Below are positions 28,101 to 42,900 of a DNA stretch of 64,000 nt, in pieces. The notes under the pieces are model-generated. The model did not search any database and was not told the DNA's origin. It worked only from the letters and a program-made list of their open reading frames with translations. Made by a program: the position numbers and the translations under genes. Origin of the DNA: Chrysomallon squamiferum (taxonomy: Eukaryota > Animalia > Mollusca); assembly GCA_012295275.1 (NCBI GenBank), contig CM022670.1:38812001-38876000 (forward strand). The letters are read 5' to 3'. How positions within the stretch are numbered: the first letter of the stretch is position 1; each line of letters starts with the position of its first letter.

Positions 28101-29089
28101 ATATTATTATTATTATTATTATATTTCTTATTATTGTTAACTATTATTATTGTTATTATTATTAATCAGCTCTCATTATAGAAATAAGTATTTTGCATCA
28201 AAATTATTACAGTAATAATATAGTAGATTTAGAATTTATGGATTTTCTAGGATGTATCCATATTCATAATAATAATAGTTTGTTTTATTTGTTTGTTTTA
28301 ACAGGTAAACAAAATGGGAATCCCTCAAGAAAACAAAAGTCAGTTCTGTGTGCAGCTGATGAGTTGTGCAAGAGATAAGTAAGTTAATATCATCATCATC
28401 ATTATCATCTCCTTAACCACCATTACTATGTCATTAGCATCATCACTGTCATCATCGATATTGTAAATTTTATGGTTGAAAATCCCAGTATAGAAAATTC
28501 TTAAAGCTAAGCAAAGATTTCCAAAATTGAAAAAATTAAAAATTAACAGTGGAGTTAAATTTAACAGATAAAAATCATAGATTTACAGCAACATTAAATT
28601 ACATCTAGTGAATCATTCTGCATTACATATGTTATGTAGGAAAATGTTCAGTTCTAATCCTCAACTGGCCTAATAAAACTGTTGTTTTCAGTTCTGTGTT
28701 GTTCTGGGACACACGAAATCAGAAAAGCCAGATTGCAAAAGAAGATGATAAAGGTGTAAAACACCCATCTGGAGTTCCTAACACATTCAAACACCTGGAT
28801 CTCACTTGGAAACCTCACCTGAGAGTAAGTATTAAACTGAAAAATTGTTGTTGTTTGAGTATTCTAGGACCTAACGAGTTTTAGGAACAAATATCCTGAA
28901 CGTTCCATTGACCTATTTCTCCTCTGTGTATCAGTACGTATTTTCATATCTGTTAACAGTTTTCAGGAGTTTTTAATGATATTTTTTTTTATCTAAAACA
29001 GTGTGGTTTATTTCTTGTTACATTTGTCAAACAACCCCTTTTTCTTTCTCTCTCTACCAAAATATCTTTCTCTTTTCACATTCTCACCA

Positions 29090-29123
<34 letters not shown>

Positions 29124-29124
29124 A

Positions 29125-29166
<42 letters not shown>

Positions 29167-29175
29167 CAAAAATCT

Positions 29176-29227
<52 letters not shown>

Positions 29228-31614
29228 GATAAATTTAAATCAAGCTTAAATTGGCAAGATAAAGGTATAAAATATATTGTATTGCTGTATTCAGGTATAT
29301 TTACACAAGTCAGAACCAGGAGGTGATCACAGTCCAATAGTTTTCTCCATTGCTGAGAAACAGGGAGATAGAAAAATTTGTGAGTATTATCATCATCATC
29401 ATTAAATTTATTTTATTTTATTTTATTTTATTAAATTAATTTTATTTTATTTTATTTTATTTTGTTCTGTTCTGTTCTGTTCTGTTCTATTCTTTTTTTG
29501 TCTTTTGTCTTTTGTTGTTTATTTCTTTATTTGTTTGGTTAAAACAGCAAAGACAACAGATGAAGTGGAGCCTGACACTAGCCCTTCGGGAGGATTCAGC
29601 TTTGGCATCCATAAACCAGGATCAGGCAAAGAGAAGAAAACTCTTCATGACGTTAAAACTCACTTTTATGTTGGAACAGAGGTACGCAGTGTCTATATAT
29701 TCTGCAGTGTTAGATAATTTTCCTTTAAACTTAACTTAAAATTATATTAAATTTACTGATTTAAAAAAAAAAAAAAAAAAGGAATTTAAAATAGGTTTAC
29801 ATACAAGCATGATCATGAAATTATTATTAAAAAATCTTACTCATTAGAGTAGTTTGCAGTTTTTCACTATATTTTAAATGTATTCTGAGTGAAAAGTTTA
29901 TAAAATTTAAAATAATAATAATAATAAATAAATAATTATCCCTGTTGTATAACACGAACAACAAGAGCAGAAAAATCATATTAATACAAAAGACAAGTCA
30001 AAAGGCTTAAGACAAACATTCTTTCTGTATCAGATTTCATTATGTTATTAGTATTTGACTTGTAAAAGTTTTTCTGTATAATGAATAAAACTGAGTTTTA
30101 ATCATACAGAAAATAATTAAACAAGTGAACTGATGTGTTTTTTAAAATGAATCTTTTTCATGAGTCATTTATATTTCCAAAACATTAAAGGAGATTTGTT
30201 AACATGACAAATGTATTTACAGGATGGAGAAGTTGTGTATCTGGACTGGATGCCTCAGAAAGATTCAGACACAGGAAAAGTACAAAGTATGTCCAACTTA
30301 AATATTATTTTTCAACTAAATAATTTTTCGATATTTTACCATTTAATGATAACATTTACATTTGATATCCATGTGTAATGAACAGTTTTTTCCACAAAAA
30401 TATGCTTGTGTTTCTGTAACAGCTAGCATTTTTGTTATTTATCGTGTCATTTACGTCCATGTTTATCACACATGATGTCATTCAGTTCGCCAGCATTTTG
30501 AACGATCCTTGAACTGTTGTGTTTTCAGCACCCAAACCTCAGTATTATCACTCTCGCCATGATGGTCCAGTGTCTGTTCTTCAGAGGTCACCATTCTTTA
30601 AAGATCTGCTTCTCTGCATTGGTGGATGGACAATCACTTTGTGGAAAGAAGGAGTTTCAGTAAGTATTTTTGTTTTTGAGCTAAGGGATAATTCAGATTA
30701 GCCTCTAGCTAGAGGATTTGTCTGAAATTGAGATGGTGTGTAAGTTTAAATCCCTTTAAAGTTATTAACATCACTGTCATCATCATGATCATCATTATCA
30801 TCATCATTATTTCCCATTCCAGATATTGAGCTTTCCTCGCTATTAAAAGGTTTTGTGTAAAAAGAAACCTTGTTGACAGTCAATAATAACAGTCTTGACT
30901 CATGGCACAGTTTTAATTTGTAATAAAATATTAATTAATGTGATTTCAGGTTTTTTTAAAATAAATATTTATCCATTAATTCAGTAAAGAAACCACATTG
31001 TACTAATATTTTGTAATCTACTGTATAAATAAGAAAACAGTTAATAAATTTTATAAATGAAAACTGCACACTATAAATTAAAGTACAGCTCATTTAAAAA
31101 ACATAATTTTAATGGTAAATTTTTTTTGTTGTTGTTGTTTTTTAACAGTTTTTAATGTTATTTTTTTAATTTTCATTCTGGACCTGTATTATAAACAGCT
31201 GCAAACCCAGTAAAGTACAGCTCATTTTTAAAAAAGCAGAACAAATTTTTTTGGTGTATTGTTTTTTTTTGTTTTTTTCTTAACAATTCTTAATGTTATT
31301 TTTAATTTTCAGTCAGGGCCCATATTATCAACCTCTGCAAACCCAGTGAAGCTGACAGCAGGTTACTGGTCTCCAACACGACCAAGTGTCTTCTACGTCT
31401 CCAAAATGGATGGCAGTATCGACGTGTGGGATCTGCTGGACAAAACACACGAACCTTCGTTAACCCAGAGTGTCTCCACAGGACCAATCACCACTGTTTA
31501 CCCATTCCAAGTCACACGTGAGTGAAACACCTTGAAGCCCACCAACATTAGGCTTGTAAATAAATTAGGTTATCCATGATTAAATAACCATCATTCTTTT
31601 TACATGCATTAGGT

Positions 31615-31648
<34 letters not shown>

Positions 31649-32772
31649 GATAGATATATGTATAATGACAGTATATAATAATATAAACCAAAATTAAAAA
31701 TAATTTAGGAAAATGTAACTGACATTATTAAAAGTGGATATTAGTTTCATTACAAAGAAAACAACATCTCAAAGGCTTCCTTCACAAAAAATACCAAAAA
31801 AAAAAAAAATAGAAGAATAATTGCACACAAACTTCTGTGATACCTGTCAAGCTTAAGGCCAGTTAACTGGTTCACCATTCAAATACTAGTGATTTTATTA
31901 TTATTTTTGCTGTTCACAGATAAGCAGCATTTGTTGGCAGTGGGTGATACTTTAGGCACTTTGCACATCCTGGAGATTCCATGGAGTCTGAAACGTCCAA
32001 TTCCCAATGAGGTACAAGTCTTTTTATTTAGTCTTTAACCAACAAACTGTTTGTTCTTCAGGTTACAGAAACACTGTTTTAGTGATATAATTAAAATGTT
32101 TCAAAATACATTGTTGATGCAATACTGATTGATCCAGTTATTAATATGTTGATTGTAATTAATGATTTATTTTTATTTTTATCCTAGCATAACTTTTTCT
32201 CCAATTATATCGAGAGAGAAGTCAAAAGAAGAGCATTTGTTGTTGCAAGATGGGATTTTAGAGAACAGGAGAAAAGAGAATTGGAAATGGAGTTTAAGAA
32301 AAAGGCAGGAGTAAGTACAATAATCAAAAAAAAAACCTACTTCAGTTTTGGTCAGATTAAATTGTATCCAAAAATAAGGCAGTGTCATTTGCAGGGAGGT
32401 ACAGCCAAGAATAATTTCATTAATGATTACTTCTAGTTGTCAAAATACCATAGCATGATGAATATGTTTTTGATACTTGAAGATTAGTTAGTTAGTGTTT
32501 TTGTTTAGCTACACCCCAGCACAAAAAAATATATATGGCTGCTTGGTATCATTCAAAGGTGAAAAAAACAAAGACTGAGATCATGGATGAGATTACATCA
32601 TAACATTTTTTTTTTAAATTTGTTTCAGATTGCACCTCAGGTATCCCTGTCAGATTCAGAAATTGAAATGAAAATGAAAACGGAATACCAAGAGTTTCTT
32701 AAAGAGGAGTTGGCTTTTCTTCGAGAACTTGGTCTCAAAACTGATGACGATGATTCAATACCTGATATTTAA
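17586..32772 (+). CDS. DNAI3: Dynein axonemal intermediate chain 3 (WDR63 / IC140 homologue), WD40 protein, about 953 aa
   Basis: 23 GT-AG coding exons in continuous frame: 17586-17663, 19444-19603, 20078-20158, 20652-20836, 21295-21399, 23106-23246, 23947-24105, 24636-24793, 25435-25543, 25974-26052, 26365-26489, 26992-27165, 27815-27937, 28305-28378, 28692-28824, 29295-29379, 29548-29681, 30223-30286, 30529-30659, 31313-31517, 31920-32011, 32188-32310, 32629-32772. PLFLTSKTQEIFNCKCDEDVT...RAAVSDF, YPGDEILLVYD, KEYQSFTDL and WSPTRPSVF match recalled WDR63. The three low-complexity N-terminal exons are less certain. AATAAA at 33044. Confidence 0.93.
21438..21499. repeat. (TG)n microsatellite
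   Basis: About 30 perfect TG units in a DNAI3 intron. Confidence 0.95.
23857..23923. repeat. (ATT)n microsatellite
   Basis: Near-perfect trinucleotide run just upstream of a DNAI3 acceptor. Confidence 0.9.
24786..25223. repeat. Long inverted repeat (fold-back) around a TG/TA/CA microsatellite core
   Basis: 24795-24908 is the reverse complement of 25104-25217 with about 5 differences; the stem extends inward by (TG)n/(CA)n pairing. Confidence 0.95.
25799..25920. repeat. (TATG)n microsatellite
   Basis: Imperfect tetranucleotide array. Confidence 0.9.
29090..29222. repeat. (CT)n microsatellite, interrupted
   Basis: CT runs interrupted by a duplicated ctaccaaaa..tctttctct unit. Confidence 0.9.
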
Positions 32773-35246
32773 GTAACAAACACAACACAGTTCTGTTGTT
32801 TTAACTCTGAAACATTTCCAGCATTGACTGTAAATTCTTGTTTTATTATTATTATTATTTATTAGCATTTCCACAACAAAGCCGAGAAGATCGAATGATC
32901 AGTGTTTTTGAATTTTCATACATCCTCATCTTGGTTGAAACTTTTGAGACATTTCCCCTTTGTTACTGCTCAATACTGAATGTGCCACCTTGAAAGACAT
33001 AATCTGTTAAAGTATACCTAGTTTTACAAAAAGTAAATCTTGAAATAAACATTTCATATGTATTTACGTTATAAAATAGGATACTTTAGAAAATAATAAC
33101 CAAATTAATTTTGTTTTGGTTTTCAAACTTTCTAAAATTCAGTTTTAATGTTTGCTTTCATCCAAGAATCCAGACAGTGTTAACAGACTGGGTGGCCCAT
33201 CCTGCAGGACTAACTTTAGGACATGTTTTATATGTATACTTCATGTATTTAAAAATTAAAACATTTTTGATTTTTATTTTTAAAAATAATGCAATTTATT
33301 TTTCTGTGATATTAATGAATAGCTGATTAATAAATAATTAAAATTACATCTTGTTTTTAATCATGGTTTTATCTTGATAGTTTATTTTACTGATAGTTTA
33401 AAAAAAAATAGTCAATCAACTGCACAAGACTATAATCTGAAAGTTTTTTTTTTTTTTTAAAATTCCATCTTTCAAGATGTTAAGATTACAACCCAGAAAT
33501 TATCTTTGCTTTTCCAAAAGAAAATATCTTCAGACAACTTTGTAAATAACAGTATAAAAAAACAAACCTTTTGGTTAATTATAAAAAACTGCCTAACTCA
33601 ACACAACAAATTTCCTATCTAGGTTAATTAAATTTATAATCTGTATGTAGAACACAACAAACTTATCTTGAATACAAAAATCTCCATCCAGTGGAAAAAC
33701 CTATACATGTGAACAAAAGTGTATTATTTAAGTATAAATAATAAAAAAAAAATATTCCAACAAATAAAAACACTTAAATCAATTCTGTCAACTTAAGATT
33801 TATTCAGGTGTGACATGTCAATACAACTCGTACACCATTCACCTTTATGGGACATATTTACAATGCAGAATTTCACAGCACTTTTAAAAATGTTTTGAAT
33901 TTTATTTTCTCACTTTCGTAAATTCAACTTTCTTGCAAATGTTTTCACCAAAGCACAGCTACTACTTCCTTAAAATTGACTTTCACACACCTTTCTTCAA
34001 GTAACGCAATATCGTATAAAAACTTTTTACAAAATGACATGCCGAAATGAATTTATTATTATTTTTATTATTTTTTTTTTTTAAATTTATTATTTTCAAC
34101 TGGCTAATGTAGCCTTACACAATCAAACTCTCAATCCAACTTAAAAAAAAAAAAAAAAAAATGAGGGACTCCTGAGTCTGTGAAATTCTGCCGAGACTGT
34201 TAACATTGTGTGAGCGGAATTTATTTATTTTTTAATTTTTATATCACAGAGTATTCAGTCTCAATGTAAACATGTTTTATGTACAATAAAAATCCTTCAA
34301 ACAGTAATATTAAAACAAACTGTGCATGTGCCATTTTTTTTTTTTTTGTTTAATAAATGTATATATAATCACAATAATTTACATTCTATATCAATACTGA
34401 CAGACTGCTATAAAAAAAAAATATTTTTATCAGTATGTTTGGCATAGAATTTAATTTTGTTTTTCTCGCCCTCATTCAATCAAAATAAAACTCAAGTAAT
34501 AAAAAAAGAAAAACGAACAATTTTTTATTACCTAACCATTATCATACAATGCACCACTTATTTCAAATTTATTTTCTGGCTCTGGAAAGGATATTTACTG
34601 AAAACGAAAGAAAACGTGTTTTACTTGATCACTCAATGGCACATGCACTGTAACATACTTCACACAATCAAAACATCACAAGACACTGCGAGTACAGGAC
34701 TTTCATTCTGGGTGTCAGTTTGCATACTATTCACATTCATAATAAATATTTTCTACTATTATAAATTCATTTTTACAAATTTTCCTTAACAGTGTTACGT
34801 TTTGTTTTTGTTTTTATTTTAAAAAATTATAATCTTTCCAAAGTATAACAAACCCTTGATGAAAGTCCTGATTTTTCACTGATTAACATGTAGAAACTAT
34901 TCAAAACAGAAACAAATTGTAATGTACATAATCTGGGTTAAATTTTCCATTTTTTTACATAATATATATTTCAAAAAAAAAAAAAAAAAAAAAAAAAATA
35001 CACTGCTTGCAAAGCCATTGTTTTCAATATACTGAAATAAAACAAAAAATAATAATAAAAAATAAAAAAGCAACTGAACAGAAGCATATTTATAACAAGT
35101 GATTTTACAAACAACTAACATCTACATCATCAGATACATACACATATATATACATCTATTTACATTAACAGATTAAATAATTATTTCTTGAATTTTCTAA
35201 AAGTGATTTTCCCCCTTCTATACAGATTTTATCAGCCCACAAGTTG

Positions 35247-35279
<33 letters not shown>

Positions 35280-36760
35280 GTTTTTTTTCCTCTGTGATTG
35301 ATAGAGACTCGATTCTTCTTGGTATTTCATTAACTACTGTTCAGGAATCATAGATAATAATACTATAGCTTCGTATACAATTATTTTTAAAAAAAAACAT
35401 AATAAAAATAAAATTAAAATGAACTGAAAATTACTTAAGGAATATAATTATGGGAACCTGATAATGAAATAGTGATACAACCAACCAATAAAACTGGAAA
35501 AGAAAATAAACACACAAAATAATGCCTGTATTATGTTAATGAAGAAAATGGAACAAATGATTTGAAAAATAATGAACAAAATTTATCAAAATAGAAAATT
35601 AAACTAAATAATAATAATGAATAATAATTTTTAAAAAAAAGCAGAAGAAAGTTAAAATTATAAAACTTTGTTTAAACAAATGAAACGTTTAAAATTAAAT
35701 AAAATTTAAAAACAAATCAACCTTTAAATAAAAATTGTTTTTAAAATAATACAAAACATCTTTTCTCAAAGATTTTATGTAATAGTTTTTAATATAGAAA
35801 TGCTCTTCAAATTAATAATTAATAAGATTATTTCATTCATGATTAAGTAACTGCCAATCACCGTCAGAAATCGTATTACAAAACAAAATGTTGAAGATTT
35901 CTGTAACAAGCTGAATTCAAACACATATCAATGATTTTGTGGTATAGTTTTATTAATAAATCAAACTAATATTATCTAATTTAGACGGTTACAACAAAAA
36001 TGTGTTATTTGGCATGAAAGATTGCTTTTTTTTCTTTCTTTTTTTTTTAAATTATTAAAATTAAATAATACAAACTTTGCTTAGATCTCAAATGTTCTTT
36101 TATTATACTATAATTTATTAAATTTATTACAAAATATAGCTTTTTCCAAAGCTGTTGGTACCTTACGTATTTGATTTTAAGTTCCAGTCTTCTTTAGCAA
36201 CAGATAATAAACAGATAATCTCACAACTGAATAATTAGTCAATAATTCTTGTAATAATAAATCTTAACTTGTATAATAATCACAATATGACAAGACAGTT
36301 TTTTTCGAACCATACAATTGCACAGTCATGTTTATCTTTGATGTTTACTCTCATTGTTATATATAACAATAAGAAAGTGTCTGAATGACTTGGTGTGCAT
36401 CTTTTTCTAGTTCACTGTACAACACACTAATTATTCCATTTTTCAAAGAAATATACACCTCGTCTAGGACTGACATACAAGAGATTAACACTAATAGCAA
36501 AACTGTTTCTCTTCAGTGTAAATTCATTGTGTAGATGGCACTGCTTGATATACAAACAGTTTTCATTTAAGAAACTGCAGTCATTATCATAAACAGCCAT
36601 AGCAACTATTGGATGAACAGCATCCAACAATTTTTATAAGGTCTGTACGAAGCTTTTCAGTTATAAAATTGGATCTGTAACTTCCTTCCTTTTAACAATC
36701 CACAGAGTACATAGTTCACTTTTCTTACATTCACATTTTACTTCTTCTTTATTTTATTTT

Positions 36761-36793
<33 letters not shown>

Positions 36794-36994
36794 CATATTT
36801 GCTCTTGCTGAAGTCTTGGCTTGCCATGTTCTTGGCCATTAACGCAGGCAGGCCAAATACAATTTCTGAGACTCACTATATATTTTGTTTATTTCATTTC
36901 TTACTTTTCCTCAAGCCAGTTAAAGATGGCTCTTTGATAATTACTTCATTATCAGCTGGTGATGATGTCCAAGAATATGTATTCCAGAGATTCT

Positions 36995-39900
36995 TCATTT
37001 CTTGATTTTCCTAACGGCTTTTTTAATTTTCCGGCCTCCTGATTCAGAACTGGAACTGAAATACAGAAAACAATACAGTTAATGTCAAACTGCACTCAGA
37101 TGTGCAAATCAATACTCTGACTGACTTCAATATAACATGCGAGCAAATGGTGACATTAAATCGCTGATTACTGATCCTGACAGTGCCAAAATGTTATTTT
37201 CACAACAAAACCATTTTTTTTAAAAAAATATGACCAGGCTTGTTTTTATTTAAAGAGCTGAAGGTGGGTGGGACGTTACTGAATTTAAACAAAGATGATC
37301 AAGATGTCGATCAGCAATTATCTTGGATGAACTACAGTTTAACCAGCTATTTAGAAAACAGCAACATCATGTAAAATAATACAAATCATAAAGTAACTGA
37401 GAATTATATATATATTTTTTTTTAAATGGTAAATGTGATTCTAATTATATACATTCCAAGATTAGAAAGTCCATAAATGTTCTCTAACAGCTTTTATTTT
37501 ATTTTATTACAATCAACCAATAAAAAAAAAATAATAATAATAATAAAAAAAACATCACCTAATCTGGGCCTGTGACACCTAGTGCAGTTATTCCTGTATG
37601 AAAAATAGTGGAGGCCCTAAATGGTTAAAACCGAAAATATATGAGAACTGAATTTTACCCTAATGCAAATATTCCTGTTGGAAAATTGGTGGGTTGTGAA
37701 TTGAATGCTGGAGTTGTGGCAGCTGACTGGGATTGGGCAGTGAAGGTGAAACCATGTGATCCTGGAGCTTGGGTTGGTGCTCCAGCAGAACTGTCAGACT
37801 GAAAATGAAACAAAAAATTCATTATTTTTCATCAACACATTATCCCTTTACATTTTACTTTTCTTTTCTTTTTTTAAATTCTGAAAGTTAACAGTTACAG
37901 GTAAATACACATTCATTAGCTTTGCAACTATTAAAAAAAAATAATAACTTTTTTTTTTTTAAATATATAATAATAATTAATAATATAAAATAATATATTA
38001 AAAATATCTTTTGTTGTAATGTGCCACAATGACTACAGTTTTCAATTAAATCTAACAAACGAATAAAAAAAATTCTTCTATGACTTTCCAGCATCAGAAA
38101 CAAAAAAAATACCATATCATTACATATCATAAGAGGTGTCAGAATTGTTTTCATCAGTTGCTGGATTTATTTATAAATATAATTTTTGAAAATAAATTGA
38201 AATAATAAAAGAAATAAATTCAATAAGTAAAGCTAAAATATTAAATACTGTCAAACAAAAATCTGAACAGTTAGACTAGATTAATGTAATTTTGTAACTC
38301 ACTGGGTTTGTACCAGAAAACTGAAAGAGTGGTCCACTTGCATTTCCACCAAAATTTGTACTTGCAGTAGCATTAAATTTGAATCCAGCTGAAAAATCAC
38401 GTAAATAAATAATTAATTAACACACATACCCACACAATTTAAATAAATTATTTAAAAACTATATTCTATCAAATGAAGAGTCAGGTAATGCATATGAAAC
38501 TGTGATTCTTGAGGATCTGAATGTTTTTTGTTTTTTTCATGAACTTCTCTAACAAAAGCTATTATGTTACATTTGGAACAGATTTTGAAATCACACCAAC
38601 ACGAACAATGTGTACTTTTTAACAGACATTTCTTACTTGTATTCTGCTGTGCTAACGAGCTTGCAAATCCAGGCGTGGCACCAAAGGCAACGCCTTTAGA
38701 GGGAGTGGTGAATGATGATGGCGCCGTGCTTCCACTGGCTGATCCAAAGGCAGGAACAGCAGAGCCAAACACACCAGCTGAAGCTGCAGGGTTGCCAGTG
38801 TTTGTACTTCCAAATGGCGCTGAAGGAGGAGGTGCTTGAGGCGTGGAGGCTCCAAACCCCAGGGTCCCAGGTGCTGTTGGCCCGTTTCCAAAGGCAGGTG
38901 TAGCTCCCGGGTTACCAAACTGCAGTGAGTTGTTTTGTGACGAGCCAAATGCAAAGAGGGATGATGAAGTGCTTTTTGCTGTGTCTGCAGCTGCTGGAGG
39001 CTGCTGACTGAAGGAGCCAAAAATACCAGCAGCAGAGGCAGCTGGTTTCTGACTTTTCTGATCTGCAATATTAGAGAACAAAGTCCAATATTAGAGAACC
39101 AATTATGTATGATACCTTGTGTCTGTAAGTAGGCAATGATGTTGTTGGGTTTTTTGTCTATGTTAATGACTGCTTATTTCAAGCAAATTAATATATTTTT
39201 ACTTTAACTTTCAAAAATATTGCAAAAACAAACCCAAGCAAAACTAACCTAACACAAAATTTCTTAACACCAAAAGAAAATTAAAACTTATGAATCATAT
39301 ATTCTTAATTACATCTGTCACACCAGGTAACTAAACAGACATTTAAAATGGTGATTAATAACACTGATTTTCCAGTTATAATAACCTGTGAAGACAAAAC
39401 AAATACAAACCACTAGAATTAGCTCCAAACACAAAAGGGGTTGTTGGACCGTTAGTTGAAACAGGAGTGGCACCTCCAAAGTTAAATGATCCTGAACCAG
39501 CTGTACCTGATATACCAAATGTGAACGGCTTCTTTGCGTCTGATCCTCCTGATTCTGCAACAGATTGAAAACAACAGTTGGTACATTTACAAAACTTTCT
39601 CTTTCACTGTTGAGGTATCAAGTTTTCTACAACATATCTCACGATATTTATAAATCTGATACAGTCTTTCAACTGTATGCATTTCAGACAAGATTAGCAT
39701 AACTAAAAACACTATTAATTTTTTTAAATTTTGTTTTACCCTTTAAATATTAACATTCAGTCTTTAAAATATCTGCCATTAGAAAACAAACCTTCTTGAC
39801 TTCGTTTGGCTGAAGTAGAACTGGAAGGAACACTAAATCCAGAAGTAGCATTCTGTCCTGTAATGGCGTCCACAGGTTGACCAAATGCAAAAATGGAGGC

Positions 39901-42900
39901 ATTTGGTTTAGGCAACCCTGCTTTTTCTTCCACCGTCTTTGGAGCACCAAATATGGGGTTGGTCACTATGGTGTTGCTATTTGTTGCTGGCTGACCAAAT
40001 GCAAATCCCGTACTATTTAACTGGCCTGAAAATTAACATACAGGTTGATAATTCCAAGTGCATTGCAAACTCAGTTATTGTTTGAAAAACTGTATTTAAA
40101 TTCTTTCAGCATTATTTTATTTAAATTATTCTGTAAAATATATTACACAAGCACAGAAAAATAAATCAAATGAAAAACATTGATTACCTGATATATTTGC
40201 TTTGTTTGAAACACCAGTAAAATTAAAATTCTTGTCTGCGATCTCAGGATTTTCTGTTGTTTTACTGTGTGCAGACATTCCACTGGTAATCGAACTATTC
40301 ACTATGGTAACATTTCTTGAACTGAAACTAAATCCTGTACCAGTTTTCTCAGTGCTGGTAGTTTTGGAAGTGGAATCACCAAATGTAACATTTGCATTTG
40401 AACCGAATGAAAAACCAGACTGTAAAGTTTGTGGAGTACTTTTCGCTATCTCAGCATTATTACTTAAACTAACAGCAACAGTACTGGCATTCAGCAAAGG
40501 ATTGTCTTTGGCCATTTGTGATGCTGGTGCACCAAAACTGAATCCTCCACTTTTGGGTTCAGCTGCACTTGTTGTCTGTGCAATATTATTCCCAAATGAA
40601 AAGCCACTTTGTTTAATTTCACTCTCTTTAGATGTCTGTGAAGTTAAGGAGGCAAAACTAAAACCAGTTTTTACTTCAGATGTGTTCGTTTCACTCAAAC
40701 TACTTGCATTTTTATCTGCAGCACCAAAATTAAAGTCAGCCTTTGCTTCACCAGATGTTTCTTTTCCTGTTCCACCAAAACTTAATCCACTCTCCTGAAC
40801 AGGTTTCTTTATAAAGTCATTAGTATTTCCAAACTTGAATCCACCTGAAGAAACTGTTCCTGTATTTGATGAACCAACGACACTAGATTCAGATGTTTTG
40901 GAGTCATTTTTTTCAGTCTGGCCAAAATGCACCTTCATCCCCGAGCCAGATTCAGAAGAGGTGTTACTTTTGAAAATAGAACTAGGAATGGCATTTTGAC
41001 CGATTATTTTAAAACCACCTCCTTTTGATATTGTTCCTATGGGATTTTCAGTTTTGGCACTTCCTACATTTCCAAATGAACCTACAAGAATAAATGCTAA
41101 AATTAAAAATAAAATAAAAGAAAGAAAGAGGAAATAGTATGAAGTGCAAATATGAATCAGTTTTAAATAAATCAACAAAAAGGAATTTTTTTTTTTTTTT
41201 TTTTTTTGGTAATAAAATTACAAAAGAACTCAGTTTTATCAGGTTTTAGAATCACTTTACAGAGTAATCAACCCACTCAAACATTCAATATAAAATATTT
41301 TAACAAAATTTTGTGTACCTGCTGGCTTAGAACAGGGTCTTGGTACCTCACAAGCTACACATCTGGTAGATTCTGCTTTATTCTGCACCATGCACGTATC
41401 ACATTCCCAGGTTCCTGTCGGCTTTTTGAAGACTGAACTTGTAACTGTTGAAGTACTTCCAAATCCTATTAAATAATAAATCAGTTGTTAAATTTGAAGC
41501 TGCTGACAATAACTAGATATTTATTACTTTCACACAAAACTCCTTATACATTACAATTTTTTATTTTTAAGTTGTTTTTTAAATGAATGCTATATTAAAA
41601 ATATGGATGATCTTTTAATTTCCAGCATCAGAAATAATAATAACTCAAATCATTAGTTTCAGAAGAGGTGTCAGAATTGTTTTCATCAGTTGCTGGTTAG
41701 TAAAATAAACTGCAGTAACTAAGAATAGGATTTATCTTTCTAATTCTTAAATACTGATATGGATTTATTATTTTTAATTTAAATACTACACATGACTCAA
41801 GCATGTTCAGTCTTAATTTTGTTATTAATGTCTATTAGTATTAAATGGCTAATGCAACAAACTGAATAATTTTTTCTTCCTATCATCACTGCAGCATGTG
41901 CATATACTATTCTACAATTTAAGATGTTTAGAACTTTTTTTTAATAAACTGTTTTCTGAGTTCATTTTGAAAGTTAATAATTAGTTAACTTCTGTTATCC
42001 ACTGTTTGCATGATGTCAAGGAATGATGCTTAACAATGAATTCTTCATCTATTTATTCCAGCATCAGATACAATAATTACTCAAATCATTAGATTCATAA
42101 GAGGTGTCAGAATTGTTTTCATCAGTTGCTGGTTGGGAGGTTAAAATAATCACCTGTCTGTTATTCTCTCATTTAAAAGATGAAGAAAAATATAATAAAA
42201 AGAGAAAAACCCAATAAACTTACTAAAATTTTTAAAAATATATAATTTTTAAATAAAACAAATTCAGTTATTTATCACTTACAGCTAATTATTTGCTTTT
42301 TCTTTCTAAAAGTATCTATTGTATGCATACAGTGAATTACTTAAGCAGAAAAATGCAATTTTCTAATTCCTCTTCTAAAATAATTAACTTAATACTTAAG
42401 GTACTTAAGCAACAGACATTACTAAAAATGTATTTTTAGGAACAATAATTAACTCACTTCATTTAGTTTCATAAAAATTGTTGCAGGATTTTGTTTTATA
42501 CAAATGCAGTGTTCTGCCTTGAAGTAATTTAACTTAAAATGCAATTAAATAAATTAACTTTCATATTTCAGTTTTTAGCTCAAATTATTTATGGGTGAAA
42601 TAGTAAGGAGAAAAAAGTACATTTTAAACCTCTAATTTATTCATTTCCTAATTTATATTCATATTGTATATAAATATAAATCTTTTACGCAGGTATCAAA
42701 CTATAACAAAAAAAGTTGTTTACATCTTTTTTTATGTAAAATGTTAATCCATAATACTATTATTAAAGAATGATTTACAAAATACAAAGCCAGTATATCC
42801 AAATAATTCTACAAATAGGTAAACATTATTTAATAACGAATTATTCATAAACTTGGTAACTGTCCAAACATCTGTTTCCAGCACAGCAAGAATTGATATA

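Noticed and set aside
37080-37375. Complex intronic sequence with CTGA and ATGATG motifs in the last NUP153 intron
   Set aside because: No convincing C box + terminal stem + rRNA-complementary guide by eye; a covariance-model search would be needed.
37565-37620. GGGCCT...AGGCCC hairpin followed by AGATTA on the minus strand (H/ACA snoRNA or extra NUP153 exon?)
   Set aside because: No second hairpin or ACA box; as an exon it would need an intron of only ~40 nt and ends in a stop.
40202-40798. 198-aa plus-strand ORF, and similar ones at 38564, 45908, 49277, 6576 and 6969
   Set aside because: Antisense shadows of NUP153 or VMAC-like exons; no independent start or splice context.
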